DNA from: an uncultured Opitutaceae bacterium
GTDB lineage: Bacteria; Verrucomicrobiota; Verrucomicrobiia; Opitutales; Opitutaceae
NCBI GenBank assembly: GCA_964398015.1
Contig: CAYNLL010000003.1
Span: forward strand, 1 to 37,800
Direction of reading: 5' to 3'
DNA length: 37,800 bases
Within the stretch, counting starts at the first letter, position 1. Each line of letters begins with the position of its first letter. The position numbers were made by a program, and so were the translations under genes. The notes under the pieces are model-generated. The model made no database searches and was not told the DNA's origin. It saw only the letters and a list, made by a program, of their open reading frames with translations. Shown in pieces: positions 1 through 8,995 of this stretch.

Positions 1-966
1 CACGACCCGGACCCCGATCACCAGGTCGAGGAATTCCGCCCTGAAATCCGCCGGGGAGGCGGCCTCGTGAGCGACGCCCGCGCGCTCCAGGATGGCTCCG
101 GCGGCCCGGTCGCACCGGAGCCTGACCCCCTTGGAGGACAGCGCGGCGCCCACCTGGGGCAGGAGCGCGCCAGCTGCCTCCGCGTGGACCAGGAGCTGCT
201 CGGCCGCGTTGCAGACTCCCGGCCGCTGCGTCTTCGCGTTCACGACGATCGCCTGCGCCATCGCGGGGTCCGCCGCGCGGTCCAGGTAGACAAAGCATAC
301 CCCTGTGAAGTGCTTGATGACGGGGATCCTGCTGTTTTCCGCGACGAACCGGATGAGGCCCTCGCCCCCCCGCGGGATGATGCAATGGATGTGCGAGTCG
401 AGCCTGAGCAGGGCCTTGAGGGCGGCGCGGTCGGTCGTGGGGACCAGCTGCACGGCATCCCGCGGCAGCGCGGCGTCGCCGAGCGCCTCGGCGATGATCG
501 CGGCGAGGGCCGCGTTGGTCTCGAAGATCTCTCGGCCCCCGCGCAGGATCGAGGCGTTGCCGCTCTTGATGCAGAGGACGGCGCAGTCGACCGTGACGTT
601 CGGGCGGGCCTCGAAGATGACCCCGATGACACCGATGGGGACGCGGACCTTGCGCAGGCGCAGGCCGTTGGGCCGCGTCGTCTCCTCGAGGACCTCGCCG
701 AGGGGGTCGGGCAGCGCGGCCACCTGGCGCACGGAGGCCGCGAGGTGGCTGAGGCGGCCCGCATCCAGCGTGATGCGGTCCAGCTCCGCCGGGGTGAGGT
801 CCTTCGCGAACGCCGAGGACAGGTCCCTCCCGTTGGCCTCGAGGATCGCCGCGTGTGACCGGTCGATCCGGTCGGCGATTCCGCAAAGCGCCGCGGTGCG
901 GGCGGCGGCCGGCGCGACCGCGAGAGCGAGCGAGGCCGCGCGGGCCCGCTCGGCGAGTGCGGTCAT
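1..966 (-). CDS. proA: gamma-glutamyl phosphate reductase, C-terminus cut by window edge (322 N-terminal codons present)
   Basis: Absent from the ORF track because it runs off the window. My reverse-complement translation from ATG (966..964) reads MTALAERARAASLALAVAPAAARTAALCGIADRIDRSHAAILEANGRDL...VRVPIGVIGVIFEARPNVTVDCAVLCIKSGNASILRGG...IIPRGGEGLIRFV...NAKTQRPGVCNAAEQLLVH. This is the typical ProA aldehyde-dehydrogenase-fold pattern. The frame is open to position 1. Confidence 0.9.
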   Translation of the reverse strand, partial: MTALAERARAASLALAVAPAAARTAALCGIADRIDRSHAAILEANGRDLSSAFAKDLTPAELDRITLDAGRLSHLAASVRQVAALPDPLGEVLEETTRPNGLRLRKVRVPIGVIGVIFEARPNVTVDCAVLCIKSGNASILRGGREIFETNAALAAIIAEALGDAALPRDAVQLVPTTDRAALKALLRLDSHIHCIIPRGGEGLIRFVAENSRIPVIKHFTGVCFVYLDRAADPAMAQAIVVNAKTQRPGVCNAAEQLLVHAEAAGALLPQVGAALSSKGVRLRCDRAAGAILERAGVAHEAASPADFRAEFLDLVIGVRVV

Positions 967-1045
967 TTGGGTTGCCAGGTCTGTGGACACGGGAAGCCTG
1001 CCACAATCGGCGCGCGCCGGCCCTTCGGCAAAGGAAAATTTGGCC

Positions 1046-2395
1046 TCAGTCGAAGATCCTGCCCTTGCGGAAGCGCCAGACCGAGACGCCCATCACGAGG
1101 GAGGTGATCAGGGCCAGGTATCCCAGCGTGGGCAGCAGTTCCCCCAGGGAGTCGTGGGACCAGAGGACCTGGCTGAATCCCTCCATCGACCAGTAGACCA
1201 GCGTCAGCTTGCTGAACCTCTGGATGTATTCCGGCATGAAGCTGACGGGGAACCAGGCCCCGCCGATGGCGCACATCAGGAGGATGACGAAGGTTGCGAT
1301 CCCGCGCGCCGCCTCCGGCGTGGGGGCCACCGAGGCGATCAGCATGCCGAACGACGTGCACGCCGCCGCCGCGAAGACGCAGACGACGACAAGGAGGCCG
1401 AGGTGGCCGCCGATCTGGATCCCGTAGAGCATCTCGCCCGCGAAGAAGAGGACCACCAGCTGGATCAGGCCGAGGCAGACCCCGTAGAGGAACTTGCTCC
1501 AGAGGATGTCACCGCGGGTGACCGGACCGGACAGCAGGCGCTGGAAGATCCCCCCCTGCTTCTCCCAGAAAAGGCCGGTGGCCGACGCGGTGACCGCGAA
1601 AAGCAGGAACTGCATCGCCCATCCGCCGACCAGCAGCGTCGCCTGGGGCGACTTCACGTCCTTGCCCTCCACCTGCACGGTGTCGATCCTGAAGACCCTT
1701 GAGAGCGCATCGCCGCCGGTCGCGGCCGCGTCCGTCCCGGTCCTCTGCGCTGAGAGGTGCCCGAAGGCGAAGTCGCCCGAGTCCATCCGGGCCTTGATCG
1801 CGTCCTCGTCGCCCCCGAACGTGCCCGCCACGGCCTTGGCCACGGACGTGTTGAAGCTCTTGAGCCGCTGCTCGCCGATCACGGCGCGCGCCCGCGCCTG
1901 GAGCGACTGGCCCAGGAGCTCGGGCGCCTTCGTGAAGAGGGTCTTCTGGAGGATGCCGGTCACCATCTGCGCCTCGATGTCGTTCCTCGGGTTCGAGTAG
2001 ATCTTGAGGTGGATCCCCAGCTTGTCCCCGGAGATGACGTCGCTCGGGACGACCACGGCGAACCTGAACGCGTCGGTGTGCATGAGGGGGCGCAGGTCCT
2101 CCTCCGTCAGGGGGCGCGTCGTCTTGTCATCGTTCACGAACGTCGTGAGGACCTTGAAGGCCGTCTCCGCCTTGAGCGCGTCCACCAGCCTGCCCGCCGC
2201 CGGATTTTCGCTCAGGTTGACGACCGCGAGGGGGATCCCGGCCGGGCCCGGGTCCGAGGCGTTCACATGGAAGATCAGGCCGAAGATGTAGATGAGAACG
2301 AAGGGGATGACGAAGGTGAGCAGGACCGACACGCGGTCCTTCGCGAAGATGGAGAAGTCCTTTTTGAGGAGTACAAGGATGGCGTTCATGGTCAT
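1046..2395 (-). CDS. ABC-2 type transporter permease
   Basis: This is the C-terminal 449 aa of track ORF 1046..2716. The start is taken at MTMNAILVLLKKDFSIFAKDRVSVLL (ATG 2395..2393), which overlaps the upstream ATPase stop as ATGA. It has an N-terminal TM helix, a large loop, then five to six TM helices (typical ABC-2 layout). The 5' extension of the track ORF is Arg/Pro-rich junk. Confidence 0.85.
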   Translation of the reverse strand: MTMNAILVLLKKDFSIFAKDRVSVLLTFVIPFVLIYIFGLIFHVNASDPGPAGIPLAVVNLSENPAAGRLVDALKAETAFKVLTTFVNDDKTTRPLTEEDLRPLMHTDAFRFAVVVPSDVISGDKLGIHLKIYSNPRNDIEAQMVTGILQKTLFTKAPELLGQSLQARARAVIGEQRLKSFNTSVAKAVAGTFGGDEDAIKARMDSGDFAFGHLSAQRTGTDAAATGGDALSRVFRIDTVQVEGKDVKSPQATLLVGGWAMQFLLFAVTASATGLFWEKQGGIFQRLLSGPVTRGDILWSKFLYGVCLGLIQLVVLFFAGEMLYGIQIGGHLGLLVVVCVFAAAACTSFGMLIASVAPTPEAARGIATFVILLMCAIGGAWFPVSFMPEYIQRFSKLTLVYWSMEGFSQVLWSHDSLGELLPTLGYLALITSLVMGVSVWRFRKGRIFD

Positions 2396-3327
2396 TCGCG
2401 CAGGTTTCGGCCGGTGAGCTGGAGGAAGAGGGACTCCAGGGTGGGGCGCTGGCTGGTGAAGAGCCGCGCCGGAAGGCCGTGCCGCTCGGTGAGCGCGTAG
2501 AACGCGCTCATGGCGTACCCGGCCCTCGGCCTGAAGCGGTGGACGGCGTCGACGGTGGCAACCTCGCCGCTGGAGCCGAGCTCGGCGCACAGCGCCAGCG
2601 TCTGCGGCGTCGCGGGGAAGCGGATCTCCTCGTCGAACGGAAGGCGCGCCAGGAGCTCGTCGATCGTCCCGAGCGCCAGGATTTTCCCGTGGTCGATGAT
2701 CCCCACGCGGGAGCACAGCCGCGTGGCCTCCTCCATGTAGTGCGTGGAGTAGATGACGGTCAGGCCGCCCCTGTTGAGCTTCTGGAGGAACTCGAAGATC
2801 GCGTTGCGTGACTGCGGGTCGATGCCGACCGTGGGCTCGTCGCAGAGCAGGAGCCTGGGCTCGTGGAGGAGGGCCGCCGCCAGGTTCAGGCGCCGCTGCA
2901 TGCCCCCCGAGAATGTCTTCACCAGCCCCTTCCTCCGGTCCGTGAGCTCGACGGCATTCAGGACGAAGTCGATCCTCTCCCTGAGCCTGGCGCCGCGAAG
3001 GCCATGGAGCTCGCCGAAGATGCGCAGGTTGTGCTCGGCGCTCAGCTCCATGTAGAGGGCGATGTGCTGGGGGACAAGGCCGAGGGCGCGCCGCGCCGAG
3101 GCGGAGCCGGCGGCCACCCCTGCGCCGTCGACGGTGAGCGTACCGGCGTCCAGACCGCGTATTCCGGCGACAAGCGACATGAACGTCGACTTTCCCGCGC
3201 CGTTGGGCCCCAGGAGCCCGAAGAATTCCCCGGGGGCGATGTCGAGCGAGATGCCGTCGAGGGCGGTGACCGAGCCAAAGCGCTTGGCGACGCCCGAGGC
3301 CGAGACGACGGTAGAGGGGAGGTTCAT
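2392..3327 (-). CDS. ABC transporter ATP-binding protein
   Basis: Contains Walker A GPNGAGKST, signature FSGGMQRRL and Walker B LLLCDEPT. The start is taken at MNLPSTVVSASGVAKRFG (ATG 3327..3325), overlapping the upstream regulator stop as ATGA. Confidence 0.92.
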   Translation of the reverse strand: MNLPSTVVSASGVAKRFGSVTALDGISLDIAPGEFFGLLGPNGAGKSTFMSLVAGIRGLDAGTLTVDGAGVAAGSASARRALGLVPQHIALYMELSAEHNLRIFGELHGLRGARLRERIDFVLNAVELTDRRKGLVKTFSGGMQRRLNLAAALLHEPRLLLCDEPTVGIDPQSRNAIFEFLQKLNRGGLTVIYSTHYMEEATRLCSRVGIIDHGKILALGTIDELLARLPFDEEIRFPATPQTLALCAELGSSGEVATVDAVHRFRPRAGYAMSAFYALTERHGLPARLFTSQRPTLESLFLQLTGRNLRE

Positions 3328-3617
3328 TTTGGAGTCAGGATGGACTGGAGCGCCGCGACGTGGGATGTAAACGCCTGGCGACCGGCGGATGTTACAGAGA
3401 TAAACGTCTTTGGGCGGCGCGCCACGAACGTCTTCTCGACGGCGATATAGCCCTTCGCCTCGAGCGTCGAGAGATGCGCCCCGAGATTGCCGTCGGTCAG
3501 CTTCAGGCTGTCCTTCAGGAACGTGAAATCGACCCGCTCGCATGCCTTGAGCTGGCAAAGCGCTGACATGATCTGCAGCCGTGCGGGCTGGTGGATGACT
3601 GGGTCAAGCTCGTCCAT
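3324..3617 (-). CDS. winged-helix transcriptional regulator (HTH_34/ArsR-like, 97 aa)
   Basis: MDELDPVIHQPARLQIMSALCQLKACERVDFTFLKDSLKLTDGNLGAHLSTLEAKGYIAVEKTFVARRPKTFISVTSAGRQAF matches the hxPaRLxImxxL...FtfLkxxLxlTdGNLxxHlxxLexxGYv wHTH pattern. It is the last 97 codons of track ORF 3324..4076. Confidence 0.85.
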   Translation of the reverse strand: MDELDPVIHQPARLQIMSALCQLKACERVDFTFLKDSLKLTDGNLGAHLSTLEAKGYIAVEKTFVARRPKTFISVTSAGRQAFTSHVAALQSILTPK

Positions 3618-3622
3618 CGGCT

Positions 3623-4180
3623 TTACCGCCAGTTGCGGACATAGAATCCGGTGCCCACCATGGTGGCGCCCCCGAGCACGCTGAAGATCCAGAAGAACCC
3701 GGGGAAAAGGATGAACCCGGCGAGGATGAGCGCGCTCATCACGACCCCGATCCACAGCCAGTAGTTGTCGAACCAGATGCCCGCGACCACGTAGACCTGC
3801 ATCCACAGGAGCGTCCCGTAGCCGAAGGCCGCCTTCCCGGTGTGGGGCACGCCCAGGAAGACGGGCCAGACCACATAGCCGAACACGAGCAGGGTGGCGC
3901 ACACGGCGAGGAACCGCCAGTTGAACCGGCTTCGGATCTTGCCCCTCTGGGTATAGGCGATCGCGATGCTCGCCGCCAAGCCGGCCCAAAACAGGCAGTT
4001 GGCGGGGAACCAGAACCGGGCCTCGTCCCAGCCGTTGAGCAGCGACGCCGCGATCCAGACCGCTCCCCAGAGCCAAAGATAGAGGTGCCCCCGGTGCGCC
4101 CTGACCACGCTGCGCATCGCACGCCGCGACGCCTCGATTTCGCTTAGGGCTCTTGCAGCCTCCTCTGGAGAAATATTCAC
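3623..4180 (-). CDS. polytopic membrane protein of unknown function (first gene of the wHTH/ABC module)
   Basis: 185-aa ORF with a GTG start (cac at 4178..4180). It has five hydrophobic helices rich in Trp/Phe and sits 5 nt upstream of the wHTH gene. Confidence 0.7.
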   Translation of the reverse strand: MNISPEEAARALSEIEASRRAMRSVVRAHRGHLYLWLWGAVWIAASLLNGWDEARFWFPANCLFWAGLAASIAIAYTQRGKIRSRFNWRFLAVCATLLVFGYVVWPVFLGVPHTGKAAFGYGTLLWMQVYVVAGIWFDNYWLWIGVVMSALILAGFILFPGFFWIFSVLGGATMVGTGFYVRNWR

Positions 4181-4181
4181 A

Positions 4182-4212
4182 ACAGAGTACTCTATAAAAC
4201 AGAGTAATCTGT
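4182..4212 (-). promoter_or_regulatory. two tandem palindromic operator-like sites, ACAGAGTACTCTAT and ACAGAGTAATCTGT, 17 bp apart
   Basis: AGAGTACTCT (4184..4193) is a perfect 10-bp palindrome. The second 14-mer (4199..4212) is palindromic at 6 of 7 pairs. Both lie between the predicted -10 element and the GTG start at 4180. A third half-like GGAGTACTAC lies at 4228..4237. Confidence 0.5.
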
Positions 4213-4243
4213 CGATATTCTTATGAGGGAGTACTACAATCTA

Positions 4244-4252
4244 ATTATAACA
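4244..4252 (-). promoter_or_regulatory. extended -10 promoter element TGTTATAAT (minus strand)
   Basis: The reverse complement of attataaca is TGTTATAAT, which matches TGnTATAAT. It lies in a ~120-bp AT-rich island upstream of the membrane/wHTH/ABC operon. No good -35 element was seen. Confidence 0.45.
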
Positions 4253-4303
4253 AACATGTTAACATATTTATTCTCCCGAGAATTCGGTCGAATTTTCACC
4301 CGA

Positions 4304-5302
4304 TCAACCCAGCGCGCGCTTTTTGACCGCCGGCCATGCCGAATCAGGAATAAGGGGTCCGAGGTGCCGGACGGTCTCGGATCCCATGATAGAAGCCAGA
4401 GCGCCGCACTCGGGCAGCGTCATCCCGCGAAGGTAGCCAAACAGGAAGCCGGCGGCCCATGCGTCCCCCGCGCCATTGGTGTCGACGACGTCGGACAGGC
4501 GCACGGGCGGACTCCTGTGGGTTTCACCGGCCTTGGCGATCCACGAGCCCTCGCTTCCCATCTTGACCGCGGCGATCACGTTGTGGGAGGCCAGCTCGAG
4601 GGCGAGCGCCTCGTAGCCGCCCGCGTGGCCTGGAAAGAGCGCGCGGATCTCGTCCTCATTTGCAAAGACGACGTCGATCCCGCGGCCGAACTGCCGGAAC
4701 ATCCACTCCCGCGAGCCGTTCACCACCTCGAAGGAGGAGAGATCCAGGCTGATGGTGCAGCCGGCCTGGCGTGCGGCGTTGAGCACGGCCCCGCACAGCG
4801 CATGGTTGAACACGAGGTAGCCCTCGATGTGGGCGTGCCGTATCCCGGCAAAATCACCGGGCGAGATCTCCCCCGGGGAAAGCGTGAGGGCCGCCCCCAG
4901 GTTGGTGCGCATCGTGCGCTGCGCGTCGGGGGTCACGAGCGCCAGGCAGCGCGCGTTGGGCGCGTCGCCGTGCTTAAAGCGGCTCACGTCGATCCCGACG
5001 GCCCTGAACCTTTCGAGGTAGGTGTTGGCAAAGAGGTCGTTGCCGACCTTGCCCATGAAGGCCGTCCTCAAGCCGAGCCTCGCCGCGTTGAGCGTGGCGT
5101 TTGCGGCGGACCCTCCGGTCGACTGGGATGGGGGCGACGCCAAGAGCGAGAGGATGCGCGCCATCTCCGCGTCGTCCACCAGGACCATCCCCCCCTTCTC
5201 GCCGGGCACGTTGAAAAGGAACGACTCGGGAACCTGGGCCACGAGGTCCATGATGGGGGAACCCACCCCGACGAGCTCGATCTCGGTCCCGGTGGGGCGC
5301 AT
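4304..5302 (-). CDS. PfkB-family carbohydrate/nucleoside kinase (adenosine-kinase/ribokinase-like)
   Basis: 332 aa starting at MRPTGTEIELVGVGSPIMDLV. It has the N-terminal GGSAANA motif and the C-terminal DTNGAGDAWAAGF anion-hole motif. The rest of track ORF 4304..5881 is read-through of the upstream gene in another frame. Confidence 0.88.
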   Translation of the reverse strand: MRPTGTEIELVGVGSPIMDLVAQVPESFLFNVPGEKGGMVLVDDAEMARILSLLASPPSQSTGGSAANATLNAARLGLRTAFMGKVGNDLFANTYLERFRAVGIDVSRFKHGDAPNARCLALVTPDAQRTMRTNLGAALTLSPGEISPGDFAGIRHAHIEGYLVFNHALCGAVLNAARQAGCTISLDLSSFEVVNGSREWMFRQFGRGIDVVFANEDEIRALFPGHAGGYEALALELASHNVIAAVKMGSEGSWIAKAGETHRSPPVRLSDVVDTNGAGDAWAAGFLFGYLRGMTLPECGALASIMGSETVRHLGPLIPDSAWPAVKKRALG

Positions 5303-5748
5303 CAACGTGACTGAGCCACGGTGAGGCTCGTGGCGAGAAGCGGCTCGTCGTCGATCTCGATGAGAATGGAATACTCCCCCGGCTGCTGGAAGCTCAGGTT
5401 GCGGATCTCGTTGATGAGGTTGATGCGGACCAGCGGACCCTGGGAGTCGAAGGGGCGCTCGATCAACGGTTTGGGGTCCATGGGATTGATGCCCATGGAG
5501 ATGCGCATCTTGTGAGGGCCCGCTGAAACGTCGGTCAGCGTCATGAACCACACCATGTGCGGGTGCACGACCGGGAAGTGCTTCGCCATGATGTTGGAGA
5601 AGACCCCGAGGATCGTGTGTTTTCCCGAGCTGGGGTCGATGTGCACGGCGTCGCACAGCAGCCAGGCCAGCAGCTGTGGCTTCGAGTTGACGTTTGTGCG
5701 TTCCACCGGAGAGCAGTTGGAGCGGCCCCGCGTGGCTGGGCAAATCAT
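5302..5748 (-). CDS. small conserved-looking protein of unknown function, coupled to the PfkB kinase
   Basis: Track ORF 5302..5775. The non-repetitive sequence LLAWLLCDAVHIDPSSGKHTILGVFSNIMAKHFPVVHPHMVWFMTLTDV...GEYSILIEIDDEPLLATSLTV looks beta-rich. Its TGA overlaps the kinase ATG by 1 nt (TGATG). The start is uncertain (ATG 5748, ATG 5775 or an internal GTG). Confidence 0.6.
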   Translation of the reverse strand: MICPATRGRSNCSPVERTNVNSKPQLLAWLLCDAVHIDPSSGKHTILGVFSNIMAKHFPVVHPHMVWFMTLTDVSAGPHKMRISMGINPMDPKPLIERPFDSQGPLVRINLINEIRNLSFQQPGEYSILIEIDDEPLLATSLTVAQSR

Positions 5749-5783
5749 TTTGCGTGCCGCGGGGGGAGCGGCCACCCTTGGGC

Positions 5784-5957
5784 GTGTTCAATTCCCTCGC
5801 GCAATATCCCCATTGGTTCGTCGTTGTTTGTGCGGTGTTTGCAGCGGCGGTCGTGCTGTGGGTCCTGCTGAAACTGCTCAAGGCTACCCTGTGGATCCTC
5901 CTCGTCGGGCTCGTCGTGGCGGCGGTCGTCGCGGCCGCATGGATGTTCCTGAGCTAG
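5784..5957 (+). CDS. possible small two-TM membrane protein (57 aa)
   Basis: This is the C-terminal part of track ORF 5694..5957, starting at GTG 5784: VFNSLAQYPHWFVVVCAVFAAAVVLWVLLKLLKATLWILLVGLVVAAVVAAAWMFLS. It has two clean hydrophobic helices separated by KLLK and lies 55 nt upstream of pyrG. No homology was recognised. Confidence 0.35.
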   Translation: MFNSLAQYPHWFVVVCAVFAAAVVLWVLLKLLKATLWILLVGLVVAAVVAAAWMFLS

Positions 5958-5973
5958 CGCCGCTCCCGTTTGA

Positions 5974-7643
<1,670 letters not shown>

Positions 7644-7644
<1 letters not shown>

Positions 7645-8450
7645 TGATCTTTGACCCGGAACGGCTCCTCCTCATCGCGGGCCCGTGCTCGCTCGAGGGC
7701 GAGGGTGTCTGCCACGCGGTGGCCCAGGAGCTCGCCGCGCTCGGCAAGGCGCACCCGGAGCTCAACATCGTCTTCAAGGGTTCCTTTGACAAAGCGAACC
7801 GTACCTCCGGCTCCGGCGCGCGCGGCACGGGGCTCGCCGAGGGCCTCAGGCTCCTCGGGCTTGTCAGGAAGGAGTTCGGCTTCCCCGTGCTCACCGACGT
7901 GCACGAGAGCACGCAGGTCGTGCCTGTCGCCGCCGTGTGCGACGTCCTCCAGATTCCCGCCTTTCTCAGCCGCCAGACGGACCTCCTGCTCGCAGCGGCC
8001 GCGACAGGCCGCGTCGTCAACGTGAAGAAGGGCCAGTTCCTCTCGCCCCAGGAGATGGAATTCGTGACGGGCAAGCTGCGCCAGGGCGGCGCGGCCGAGA
8101 TCTGGCAGACCGAGCGGGGCACAACCTTCGGCTACCAAAACCTTGTCGTCGACATGCGCTCCTTCTCGATCATGCGCCAGAACGGCTGCCCCACGGTCTT
8201 TGACGCGACGCACAGCGTCCAGCTTCCGGGCGCGGCGGGTGGAAAGAGCGGCGGCCAGCGGGAATTCGCGGAGCCCCTCGCGCGGGCCGCCCTGGCCGCC
8301 GGCGCGGACGGCCTCTTTGTCGAAACCCACCCCGACCCGGAGCACGCGCTGAGCGACGGGCCCAACATGATCCCGCTGGCCGGCCTTGGCGCCTTTGTCG
8401 CCGGATGCCTCGCGATCTGGAAGGCATCCCGCTCCGCGGGGCGGCGCTAA
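7644..8450 (+). CDS. kdsA: 3-deoxy-8-phosphooctulonate (KDO8P) synthase
   Basis: [20 protein letters not shown]...[12 protein letters not shown]...[14 protein letters not shown]...NVKKGQF...[11 protein letters not shown]...ETHPDP. The ATG at 7644 shares its A with the pyrG TGA (gtGATGa). The upstream part of track ORF 7233..8450 is pyrG out of frame. Confidence 0.95.
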
Positions 8451-8527
8451 GGAGCGGATACTCTCCGCGGCTGCGGGGTTGACCACGCTCGCCGGGACCA
8501 CCACGATTGGCGGCCAATAAAACCCTG

Positions 8528-8995
8528 ATGGATACCTTCCTGATCGACGTGCCCATGCCCTCCATGGGCGCGACCGTAAACGAGCTCACTGTCGTCACCC
8601 TCAAAATCCAGGCCGGCGCGCGCGTCACCAAGGGCCAGAAGGTCGGCGAGCTGGAGAGCGACAAGTCGATCTTCGAGTTTGAGTCGCCCTGCGAGGGGAC
8701 GGTGAAGGCGATCCACATCCACCCGGGTGAGGCCCGGCCCTCGGGCACCATCTTCCTCCAGATAGAGACCTCCGACGCGAGCCTGGCGCACCTGAAGAGC
8801 AAGTCGGGCCTCGTCGAGGCGCCGGCTGCGGCGTCCGCCACGAAGGCCACTGCCGTCTGGACACCGCGGGCGACAAAGATGGCGCAGGAGGCGGGCCTGG
8901 ACCCGGCAAAGATCACGGACATCGAGGCAACGGGCCCGGGCGGGCGGGTCTCGGGGGACGACGTTTCCCGCTACATCGAGAAGCACCGCGCATGA
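8528..8995 (+). CDS. stand-alone lipoyl domain + E3/peripheral-subunit-binding domain protein (E2 stub without a catalytic acyltransferase domain)
   Basis: Lipoyl domain: FLIDVPMPSMGATVNELTVVTLKIQAGARVTKGQKVGELESDKSIFEFESPCEGTVKAIHI, with the lipoyl-lysine motif ESDKS. An Ala-rich linker follows, then the PSBD AVWTPRATKMAQEAGLDPAKITDIEATGPGGRVSGDDVSRYI. The protein ends there with no DHRxxDG domain. ATG 8528 is preferred over TTG 8507. Confidence 0.8.
   Translation: MDTFLIDVPMPSMGATVNELTVVTLKIQAGARVTKGQKVGELESDKSIFEFESPCEGTVKAIHIHPGEARPSGTIFLQIETSDASLAHLKSKSGLVEAPAAASATKATAVWTPRATKMAQEAGLDPAKITDIEATGPGGRVSGDDVSRYIEKHRA

Noticed and set aside
5303-5881. N-terminal extension that makes the PfkB ORF 525 aa long
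   Set aside because: The extension is low complexity (His/Pro/Arg/Gln-rich) and overlaps the better-looking 5302..5748 ORF in another frame. The kinase family N-terminus begins at ATG 5302.
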